Positions 20,847-28,602 of a DNA stretch of 64,000 nucleotides are shown here, piece by piece. Position numbers and translations under genes: made by a program. The notes beneath the pieces are model-generated. The model saw only the letters and a list, made by a program, of their open reading frames with translations, was not told where the DNA came from and searched no databases. The DNA is from an uncultured Pseudomonadales bacterium (GTDB taxonomy: Bacteria; Patescibacteriota; Microgenomatia; UBA1400; PJMF01), in contig CAZOVA010000001.1 of assembly GCA_964583625.1 (NCBI GenBank), positions 76,465 to 140,464 on the forward strand, read 5' to 3'. The stretch's first letter is position 1; the number at the start of each line of letters is the position of its first letter.

Positions 20847-20881
20847 ACCCCGTATTGCTTAGGCGACACGGGGTATTTTAT
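20847..20881 (+). terminator. rho-independent terminator (ACCCCGT-N14-ACGGGGT + ATTTTATT), possibly bidirectional for the convergent KamA-like gene
   Basis: 7-bp GC-rich stem followed by T-tract, 6 nt after the stop codon. Confidence 0.55.
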
Positions 20882-20950
20882 TGGACTTAGGTCTAAAACT
20901 TTTCAGTTGCATATTTTTTTCAATATCTATTCATCATTTTCATAAATTTC

Positions 20951-21913
20951 TTATATTAAATCATCATAAACTATTTCTTCAGAGTGATGATTTAGAGCCA
21001 AATATTTATTCTCCCCAATTTTTTTTAAGCTAGCAACCGGAACTTTCCCTTTCCCCGCTGGTAAATCTAAGTAATAAGTAAAAAGGTCTTTTTTAGGTAG
21101 TTGTTTTTGTAATTGCTGGTAAAGTTTTAGTCCTTCTTCAATTGAAAGGCGAAAGTGGGAAATTCCTGGGGCTTGATCCAAGTGGTAAAGGCGATAAGGT
21201 TCAATTTTTAATTCGACTAGTCGTTTACACAAATCTGCCAAAGTCTTTGCTTCATCATTAACTCCCTTCAACAAAACAGTTTGCGTTTTGAGCTGTACCT
21301 GGGGAAAATTTTTCTGAACTTTCTTTATTAGTTGAATAAAAGCTGGTGAAATTTCTTTTGGATGATTTAAATGAATTACTAAAATTACTTTTTTATCAGC
21401 AAAAGAGAAAAATTTTGTCAGCTGATTGACTGTTAAACTTTCTGGCGCAAAAACTGGCAGGCGAGAGTGATAGCGAATGGTTAGTAGTTGTTTTTGCGCC
21501 ACAACCATTTCCTTTAAAGCAGCAATTTTTTGTTGACCAGCTAAGAGTGGATCACCACCAGATAAAATTAACTCATTAATCTCTTGATGTTTTTGCAGAT
21601 ATAAACCAATTTTTTTCCACTGAAGGGCTGTTTCTTTGTGAAGCAAGTCACTTTCTCTTCGGAAGCAAAAACGACAATGTCCAGCGCAGGTATGATTAAA
21701 AATAAGTAAAGCTTTGGTTGGATAACGATGAATTAATCCTGGTAAAACTTCGTCTACTTTGTCTCCAATCGGATCAGTTTTTTCTTCTTTTAGAACATTT
21801 TTTTCCTTTTCACTAATAAGGATCATTTTAGCTAAGGGGCAATTTTCTAAATTTTGCCAGTCTATTAATTGGCGATAAAAAGGAGAAATTTGTTCAGAAA
21901 AAAGATTGGTCAT
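20951..21913 (-). CDS. KamA-family radical SAM protein (lysine 2,3-aminomutase / EpmB-like)
   Basis: NHTCAGHCRFCFRRES matches the KamA/EpmB CxxxCRFCFRR cluster (E. coli EpmB has CRYCFRRHF). Confidence 0.6.
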   Translation of the reverse strand: MTNLFSEQISPFYRQLIDWQNLENCPLAKMILISEKEKNVLKEEKTDPIGDKVDEVLPGLIHRYPTKALLIFNHTCAGHCRFCFRRESDLLHKETALQWKKIGLYLQKHQEINELILSGGDPLLAGQQKIAALKEMVVAQKQLLTIRYHSRLPVFAPESLTVNQLTKFFSFADKKVILVIHLNHPKEISPAFIQLIKKVQKNFPQVQLKTQTVLLKGVNDEAKTLADLCKRLVELKIEPYRLYHLDQAPGISHFRLSIEEGLKLYQQLQKQLPKKDLFTYYLDLPAGKGKVPVASLKKIGENKYLALNHHSEEIVYDDLI

Positions 21914-21930
21914 TTTTAGTGAAAATATGA

Positions 21931-23766
21931 CTAACTATATTGACTAGCCACCTGTAAGTCTCTTTTACGCAAACGCAAAGATTTAGGGGTGACCTCCAAA
22001 AGTTCATCTTCGGCTAAGTAAGAAAGCGACTGCTCCAAAGACATCACTTTAGCGGGGGACAAACGGATTAGGACATCGGCATTGGAACGTACATTGGTCA
22101 TTTTTTTACCTTTGCACAAATTAATGGCGATATCCTCCTTTTTGGAGTTTTCTCCCACAATCATGCCCGCATAAATTGGCGTTCCAGGAGTAACAAAGGC
22201 AACACCGCGGTCTTCTAGTCTTGCTAAATCATAGCTTAAAGCATTACCTGTCTGCGAGGCAATCAAAACACCATTTCTCTGCCAGGTCATTTTTTCTCCG
22301 ACTGGCCGGTAACCCAAAAATAAAGAATTAACTATTCCTAAACCTGAGGTTTGAGTTTGAAAATCACTTCTAAAACCAATTAAGTTGGCGCTACTGATTT
22401 CATATTCGCAACGCACTCCGTTTTTTAAATTGCGTAAATTGTGAAAAATAGCTTTTCTCTCTCCCATGCTACTAGTAATAACACCCATATATTCTTCTGG
22501 CGCTTCAATAGTCAAAAGTTCCCAAGGTTCCGTTTGTTGTCCAGACTCGTTTTTATAGATAACTTCAGGTCTGCCAACGCTAAACTCATAACCTTCACGG
22601 CGCATATTTTCAATCAAAATCGCCAAATGCAATTCTCCTCGACCAGAAACAAGGAAAGATTCACTTGTTTCTCCCAAAGCTAGGCGCAAACCAACATTAC
22701 GTTCAAGTTCTTTCTCCAAACGAGCCTTGAGTTGTCTGGAGGTATTAAATTCTCCTTCTTGTCCGACGAAGGGAGAGGTAGAAACTAAAAATTGCATCTG
22801 GATGGTCGGCTCACTAATCGCTAGAGCAGGTAAGGGCTCAAGAACTTGGGGATCGCAAAGAGTGTCGGAAATTTTTGCTTGTTCAAAACCAGTCAGAGCG
22901 ACAATGTCTCCACTACTAGCCTTTTCAATTGGTTTCTTATTTAAGCCAAAAAATTCAAATAAAAACTCCACTTTGCCTGTCTGACTTCTTTCTTTTTCCT
23001 GATGATGAACCAAAGTCAGCTGTTGACCTTTAGTGATAGTACCGCGATTGATTTTTCCAATAATATATTGGCCTTTATATTCGTCAAAATCAATATTACT
23101 AACTTGCATTCTCGTTGGTCCTGTTAAAATTTCTGGAGCAGGAATATATTTCAAAATACCCGCAAAAAGAGGTTGGAGATCCTGACTGTCAGTAATTTTC
23201 ATTGAATTATCCGCTAAAGTTTCCACTTGTTGTCCAGCAATTCCTTCTCGTCCAATAGCATAATAAATCGGAAAGTCCAATTGAGACTCATCAATAGCTA
23301 AGTCCAAAAATAAATCATTAATTTCATTAATAACTTCACCCGCCCTTTGATCTTTACGATCTACTTTATTGATAATAACGATTGGTTTAAGTCCCAATTT
23401 AAGAGCCAAGCTCAAAACAAAACGAGTTTGTGAGAGCACCCCTTCAGAGGAATCAACCAAAAGGATACAGCCTTCGGCCATATTAAGAACTCTTTCAACT
23501 TCTCCTGAAAAGTCAGCGTGGCCGGGAGTATCAATAATATTAATTTTATAGTCTTGCCAATGAACAGCCGTGTTTTTGGCCAAAATGGTAACTCCCCTCT
23601 CTCTTTCAATCGCATCACGATCGAGAATAGTGGTTTGTTGCATTTCTGCCTGATGAGCAGCAAAAGTATGGGCTTGTTTTAGCAAACCGTCTACAAGAGT
23701 AGTCTTACCATGGTCGACATGCGCAATAATCGCAATATTGCGAATTTTGGCGCTTTTTTCATTCAT
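21931..23766 (-). CDS. typA: translational GTPase TypA/BipA
   Basis: [23 protein letters not shown]1 motif, DTPGHADF, NKVDR; about 610 aa with BipA-specific C-terminal domain. Confidence 0.85.
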   Translation of the reverse strand: MNEKSAKIRNIAIIAHVDHGKTTLVDGLLKQAHTFAAHQAEMQQTTILDRDAIERERGVTILAKNTAVHWQDYKINIIDTPGHADFSGEVERVLNMAEGCILLVDSSEGVLSQTRFVLSLALKLGLKPIVIINKVDRKDQRAGEVINEINDLFLDLAIDESQLDFPIYYAIGREGIAGQQVETLADNSMKITDSQDLQPLFAGILKYIPAPEILTGPTRMQVSNIDFDEYKGQYIIGKINRGTITKGQQLTLVHHQEKERSQTGKVEFLFEFFGLNKKPIEKASSGDIVALTGFEQAKISDTLCDPQVLEPLPALAISEPTIQMQFLVSTSPFVGQEGEFNTSRQLKARLEKELERNVGLRLALGETSESFLVSGRGELHLAILIENMRREGYEFSVGRPEVIYKNESGQQTEPWELLTIEAPEEYMGVITSSMGERKAIFHNLRNLKNGVRCEYEISSANLIGFRSDFQTQTSGLGIVNSLFLGYRPVGEKMTWQRNGVLIASQTGNALSYDLARLEDRGVAFVTPGTPIYAGMIVGENSKKEDIAINLCKGKKMTNVRSNADVLIRLSPAKVMSLEQSLSYLAEDELLEVTPKSLRLRKRDLQVASQYS

Positions 23767-23779
23767 AAATTATGTAAAA

Positions 23780-24037
23780 TTATTTACCTGAACTTAATTT
23801 ATCATGCATCCGAGCAATAATGTCAGGAGAAATATTTTTCATCTTTTTTAAGCCACGTAAACGGCGACGAAGTCGACGATTGTCATTGACATTATTTTTA
23901 CGTACTTGAGAAGGTTTGAGATGATATTGTCGATCACGAACCAAAGTGTTGACATCCAAAGAAACACTAATTTTTTTAAAGCGTTTGATCAAGTCATTAA
24001 CTGATTCATTTCCACGGTTTTTAACCACAATAGTCAT
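23780..24037 (-). CDS. rpsU: 30S ribosomal protein bS21
   Basis: Small basic protein with (I/V)VVKxxxxESxDxLIKRFKK N-terminus and Arg-rich C-terminus typical of S21. SD GGAGGTGA upstream. A putative TGTTATAAT extended -10 on the minus strand at about 24081-24089. Confidence 0.65.
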   Translation of the reverse strand: MTIVVKNRGNESVNDLIKRFKKISVSLDVNTLVRDRQYHLKPSQVRKNNVNDNRRLRRRLRGLKKMKNISPDIIARMHDKLSSGK

Positions 24038-24253
24038 AGATTCTCACCTCCCTTCCAGATTAAAAAATTATTTAAGACTTGCTATTATAACACAAGACAA
24101 CAATTTTATTTCGCTCTCTTTTTAAAAAGTATTATTAATTAAATCAAATTATGATATAATGGGTCAATTTTCATCTCTCCCATCAGGAGCAGATGAAGAG
24201 GTTCTTCAACATCAAAGGTTAAAAAAGACGAGAAAAAGGAAGGAGGAAGAAAG

Positions 24254-24748
24254 ATGTCTTACGTTACCATTCTCTATAAAAAACGATTTCCCAATCTCCG
24301 ATTCTGTTTGCAAGAGCTGATGGACATTTATCCCAATGGTATCTTTTCACTTCTGAAAGACCATGAGACTTTTCGTAGTCCAGATGTTCAGCTGAGTCTA
24401 ACGGCTGTTAGTTCTTGGTTGAACAAAGCGATCAAAAAAAACCATCGAGATTTTCGTCTCCCTAAAAAGTCTGTTAAAACCAATAAATCCAAACAAGACC
24501 CACGAGAGACTGGCGATTCGAGCGCAGATCTGAGCCAGTTTCTAAATAAAGTGACTATCAGTCTGACCGCTCACGGCAAAGTCCTAACTTGTACGACTCT
24601 CAGTCGCAAAGTGATTATCTCTCACGAGCGCATGAAATGTTTCTATAGCTGTAAGGTTTTTCTAAAATCCCATACCAGTTACCAGCCAAACGATCCGAGT
24701 GTTGGCTCTGAGTGGACCAGCAGAGGATGGGAGAAGATTATTTCTTAA
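24254..24748 (+). CDS. hypothetical basic protein (164 aa), Cys/His-containing (HERMKCFYSC), compositionally atypical (GC roughly 45-47%)
   Basis: Has its own extended -10 (TGATATAAT at about 24156-24164) and a strong SD AAGGAGGA 7 nt before the ATG. Amino-acid composition (C,H,W,S,T-rich) differs from neighbouring genes. Confidence 0.45.
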   Translation: MSYVTILYKKRFPNLRFCLQELMDIYPNGIFSLLKDHETFRSPDVQLSLTAVSSWLNKAIKKNHRDFRLPKKSVKTNKSKQDPRETGDSSADLSQFLNKVTISLTAHGKVLTCTTLSRKVIISHERMKCFYSCKVFLKSHTSYQPNDPSVGSEWTSRGWEKIIS

Positions 24749-24840
24749 TGTTCTCGTCGACATTTGAACCATTGATATTCCGCCACCCTAAGAGCTTTTT
24801 GCTTGAAGGGTGGCATTTCTCATGTTATAATACCGACCTT

Positions 24841-25077
24841 ATGCCAATTTTAAAAAATGCTAAAAAGGCTTTGCGAGCTAGCAAAAAAAAGCGCGCTATT
24901 AACCAAATGGTTAAATCCAAGTTAAAAACCAATTTTGATAAAGTCTTGAAAGGTAAGAAAATAGAGGATTTACCCGCGGCTTATAGTGCGATTGATAAGG
25001 CAGTTAAAAAAAACCTAATTCACAAACACAAAGCTGCCCGACTTAAGTCTAGAGCAACTAAAGCAACAGCGGTTTAA
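24841..25077 (+). CDS. rpsT: 30S ribosomal protein bS20
   Basis: MPILKNAKKALRASKKKRAINQ...LIHKHKAARLKSR matches S20. The ORF-track N-terminal extension was rejected. TGTTATAAT extended -10 at 24823-24831 lies only about 3 nt from the ATG, giving a near-leaderless mRNA. Confidence 0.75.
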   Translation: MPILKNAKKALRASKKKRAINQMVKSKLKTNFDKVLKGKKIEDLPAAYSAIDKAVKKNLIHKHKAARLKSRATKATAV

Positions 25078-25173
25078 TTCTCCTTAAATTTTTAAAGTAT
25101 AATTTTAGGTACTATAACTTTTGTCACTTTTTTAGGGTGGGGCAATAGTCTTAGTTTTTAAAATTTTTTTAAA

Positions 25174-26952
25174 ATGAATAAAATTCGTAATTTTTCTATC
25201 ATCGCTCACATTGATCACGGTAAAACCACTCTTACAGACCGTCTTTTAGAAATAACAGGTGGCGCTGGTCGAGAAAAAGTGGAGCGGGTGATGGATAGCA
25301 ATCCTATTGAAAAGGAAAGAGGGATCACTATCAAACTTGCGCCTGTTCGTTTGGAATATCAGGGATACCAATTAAACCTGATTGATACTCCTGGTCATGT
25401 CGATTTTAATTATGAGGTCAGTCGCTCCTTAGCTGCCTGCGAGGGAGCTGTTTTAATTGTTGATGCCACTCAAGGAGTGCAAGCTCAAACTCTTTCTAAC
25501 TATTACAAAGCGCAAAAATTGGGTTTAAAAATTATTCCTGTCATTAACAAAATTGACTTACCAATAGCCGATGTTGATAAAACTATTTTAGAATTAATGG
25601 AAGCTTTTAACTTTTCCCAAGAGGAAATTATCACTATTTCAGCAAAAACTGGAGTAAATGTTGAAAAAGTGCTCGATAGAATTATTGAGGTTGTACCTCC
25701 TCCGCGCCAAGATTTGAGTTTGCCAGCGCGAGCCTTGATTATGACAGCAGTTTTTGATCGTCATCGTGGGGCAGTGGCTTATATTAGAATGATAGACGGA
25801 CGGATTAGAAATGATGAAAGATTGTTTTTTTTAGCCACACAAAAAGACTTTCGTCCTTTAGAAATTGGTTGTTTTAGACCCCAGATGCAGTCTCTGACAG
25901 AATTGCAAGCAGGCGAAGTGGGCTATGTTTGTACAGGCTTAAAAGATATTCGTCTTTTAGCTATCGGCGATACTATCACCTTAGCTCCTCCTTCTGCTCA
26001 AGTTAAGCCTTTAGCTGGCTTTAAAAAAGTTCAAGCAGTAGTTTTTATGGAAATTTATCCCGTGGACGCTGATCTTTTTCCTGACTTACAAGATGCAGTA
26101 ACCAAATTGTCTTATCACGATGCTGCTTTAGATTTTAGCAACACTTACTCTCCTGCTTTAGGTTCAGGGATCAAAATTGGCTTTTTAGGAATTTTGCATG
26201 CTGAGATTGTTTTAGAAAGACTTAATCAAGAGTTTGGTTTGGAATTGATCGCCACGGCTCCCACAGTTGATTATAAAGTGACTCTTAAAAGCGGAGAGAT
26301 TAAGCATGTTTTTGTTCCCGCCGACTTACCCAGTCCAGAACAAATTGCTCAGATTGAAGAGCCTTTGGCTCATTTGGAGATTTTTACGCCAGAAGTTTAT
26401 GCTAGTGATATTCTTCAATTCTGTCGTAGCCGAAGAGGCGAGCTTTTAGCGAGTGAATTTACCAGTGGTAATTTAAAACTAAATATTCATTTACCCTTAT
26501 CAGAGCTGATTACAGATTTTCACGATCAATTAAAATCTTTAAGCTCAGGTTTTGCTTCTTTGGAATATGAGGTGGGCGGTTACTTGCCAGTAGAGGCAGT
26601 CAAAGTAGACATTTTACTTAATGGAGAAGTGGTGGAAGCTTTAAGTTTTATTACGATTGCTAGTGAGGCGGAACATAGAGCTAGAATAATGGTGGAAAAA
26701 TTAAAAGAAGCCGTGCCAAGACAAATGTTTGAAATTCCCGTTCAAGCAGCTCTCGGAGGAAGAATCATTGCTCGAGAAACAATCAAAGCCTATCGCAAGG
26801 ATGTGACGGCCAAACTCTATGGTGGAGATGTCACCAGGAGACAGAAACTATTAAAAAAACAAGCTAAAGGGAAGAAAAGAATGAAACAATTTGGTCAAGT
26901 AGAGCTCAATCAGGATGTTTTTCTTACCTTATTGAAGTCTAAGTTGAATTAA
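25174..26952 (+). CDS. lepA: elongation factor 4 (LepA)
   Basis: [36 protein letters not shown], and LepA-specific C-terminus (LYGGDVTRRQKLLKKQAKGKKRMKQFG). Confidence 0.9.
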   Translation: MNKIRNFSIIAHIDHGKTTLTDRLLEITGGAGREKVERVMDSNPIEKERGITIKLAPVRLEYQGYQLNLIDTPGHVDFNYEVSRSLAACEGAVLIVDATQGVQAQTLSNYYKAQKLGLKIIPVINKIDLPIADVDKTILELMEAFNFSQEEIITISAKTGVNVEKVLDRIIEVVPPPRQDLSLPARALIMTAVFDRHRGAVAYIRMIDGRIRNDERLFFLATQKDFRPLEIGCFRPQMQSLTELQAGEVGYVCTGLKDIRLLAIGDTITLAPPSAQVKPLAGFKKVQAVVFMEIYPVDADLFPDLQDAVTKLSYHDAALDFSNTYSPALGSGIKIGFLGILHAEIVLERLNQEFGLELIATAPTVDYKVTLKSGEIKHVFVPADLPSPEQIAQIEEPLAHLEIFTPEVYASDILQFCRSRRGELLASEFTSGNLKLNIHLPLSELITDFHDQLKSLSSGFASLEYEVGGYLPVEAVKVDILLNGEVVEALSFITIASEAEHRARIMVEKLKEAVPRQMFEIPVQAALGGRIIARETIKAYRKDVTAKLYGGDVTRRQKLLKKQAKGKKRMKQFGQVELNQDVFLTLLKSKLN

Positions 26953-26969
26953 CATAAAATATTAATATT

Positions 26970-27809
26970 ATGAAAATTAATTTGCCAGCTGGTTCAAAAC
27001 ACAAAGGACAAAATGGCAAAATTTTGATTGTTGGTGGCTCGAATCTTTTTCATAGTGCTTCTTTGTGGAGTGCTAAGACAGCCGCTCATATAGTTGACAT
27101 GGTTTTTTATGCCAGTGTTAAACAAAATAATGAAATTGTCAAAAAAAATAAAGAACTTTTTTCTGATGGGATAGTAATTGATCGAGAGCAAATTTTTGCT
27201 TATGCAGCAGAAGCAGACGTAATTTTACTTGGACCAGGACTGGAGAGAGGAGAGACCAATCTTTCTCGTTTGGAAAACCTGATTAAAAATCATAAAAGCT
27301 TAACTGCTAGCGAATGGGAAAACGATACCTATCTCATAACCAATTTTATTCTAGCTTCCTTTCCAGAAAAAAAATTTGTATTAGATGCTGGCGCCTTGCA
27401 AATGTTGGAGCTAAAGTTTTTGCCTCCTCAGTCTCTTTTGACTCCTCATCAGTTAGAATGGGAAGGCTTGCAAAAGAAAGCTTCCACCAAAGAATTGGAA
27501 GCCAAACTTCAAGCAGCAACTATTTTGAGAAAAAATATTATTGATGAAGTTTGGCAAGACAATCAACTTTTAGCTACTATTAAAGGTGGCAATGCTGGCC
27601 TTACCAAGGGGGGAAGCGGCGATGTCTTAGCTGGTCTGGCGGCTGGCCTCTATGTTTTAAATGAGGCACCAGTGGCGGCCATTTTGGCTAGTCAGGCAGT
27701 CAAAAAGACAGCAGAGGAACTTTTCTCGCAAGTAGGCCCTTTTTTTACTACTACCCAACTGCTAATGTCTTTGCCCGCAGTTCTTTGGGCTTTGGCGCAG
27801 AAGAGTTAA
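26970..27809 (+). CDS. NAD(P)H-hydrate dehydratase (YjeF C-terminal / Nnr family carbohydrate-kinase fold)
   Basis: KGQNGKILIVGGS and GGNAGLTKGGSGDVLAGLAAGL motifs. Confidence 0.65.
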   Translation: MKINLPAGSKHKGQNGKILIVGGSNLFHSASLWSAKTAAHIVDMVFYASVKQNNEIVKKNKELFSDGIVIDREQIFAYAAEADVILLGPGLERGETNLSRLENLIKNHKSLTASEWENDTYLITNFILASFPEKKFVLDAGALQMLELKFLPPQSLLTPHQLEWEGLQKKASTKELEAKLQAATILRKNIIDEVWQDNQLLATIKGGNAGLTKGGSGDVLAGLAAGLYVLNEAPVAAILASQAVKKTAEELFSQVGPFFTTTQLLMSLPAVLWALAQKS

Positions 27810-28601
27810 TTGTCAATGACAAAAAGACAATTTTTACCGTGGGAAAAAAATTTTTTACACCGTCATGGTTGGGAACATGATACTATAGAGGCTTTTGAGT
27901 TATTAGGCGATGAAACTCCAGTCGAATATTTAATTGGTCAAGCTGATTTTTTAGACTTTAGTTTAATGGTCAATAGTGATGTTTTAATTCCTCGTTTGGA
28001 GACAGAAAAATTAGTTAATTTATTTGTAGAGCAATTACCACCTGAAACTTTCAAGGAAAAACTTCATATTTTAGAGCTTGGAGTGGGGAGTGGAGCGATT
28101 AGTTTGGGCTTAGCGCGCGCTTTGCAAAAAAAAAGTTTAGATTTTAATATTATAGCGACCGATATTTCTGCTGCCGCTTTAGCTGTAGCAAAGAAAAACA
28201 TTGCCAACTTTCATTTAACAGACAAAATTAGTTTATATCAAGCCGATCTTTTACATGGCTTAGAAAATCTTCTTATTAATAAAAAATGGTTTCTAATTGC
28301 TAATTTACCCTATATTCCTCTTTCCAGAAAAAACCAACTTGATATTGGCGTGATCGAATTTGAACCTCATCAAGCTCTTTTTGCTCAAAAAAAAGGTCTG
28401 TCTTTAATTTTTCAACTTTTAGATCAAATAGCTCAAATTACGAAAAAAAATATTTCTATTGAAAAAATTTATTTGGAAATAGATGAAAGCCATCAGTTGA
28501 CAGATTTTAGTTCTTGGACAAACTTTACTTGGGATCTTTTTCAAGATGAAAATGGTAAAAATCGCTATCTTGTGGGCAGCAAACTGCAAAAAGAGATTTA
28601 A
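27810..28601 (+). CDS. prmC: release-factor glutamine N5-methyltransferase PrmC (HemK)
   Basis: VLIPRLETEKLV, SAM-binding LELGVGSGAISLGLA, catalytic NLPYIP (NPPY variant). Confidence 0.7.
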   Translation: MSMTKRQFLPWEKNFLHRHGWEHDTIEAFELLGDETPVEYLIGQADFLDFSLMVNSDVLIPRLETEKLVNLFVEQLPPETFKEKLHILELGVGSGAISLGLARALQKKSLDFNIIATDISAAALAVAKKNIANFHLTDKISLYQADLLHGLENLLINKKWFLIANLPYIPLSRKNQLDIGVIEFEPHQALFAQKKGLSLIFQLLDQIAQITKKNISIEKIYLEIDESHQLTDFSSWTNFTWDLFQDENGKNRYLVGSKLQKEI

Positions 28602-28602
28602 T

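Noticed and set aside
19575-20950. Integrated mobile element at tRNA-Pro (integrase, att direct repeats).
   Set aside because: There is no integrase or recombinase ORF, and no repeat of the tRNA 3' end was found downstream within the window. Only the acquired-looking cargo gene is present, so I report it as a finding rather than as a mobile_element feature.
24150-24840. Hypothesis that the GC-elevated stretch between rpsU and rpsT encodes a tmRNA or RNase P RNA.
   Set aside because: I found no tRNA-like T-arm (GGTTCGANTCC), no tag-peptide reading frame ending …LAA-stop, and no RNase P P4 or GGU-GAAA-type conserved motifs. The stretch instead has a plausible promoter, a strong SD and an intact 164-codon ORF.
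24712-24840. N-terminal 43-codon extension of rpsT given in the ORF track (MDQQRMGEDYF…).
   Set aside because: The S20 homology begins at MPILKNAKK (ATG 24841). The extension overlaps the preceding ORF and the rpsT promoter.
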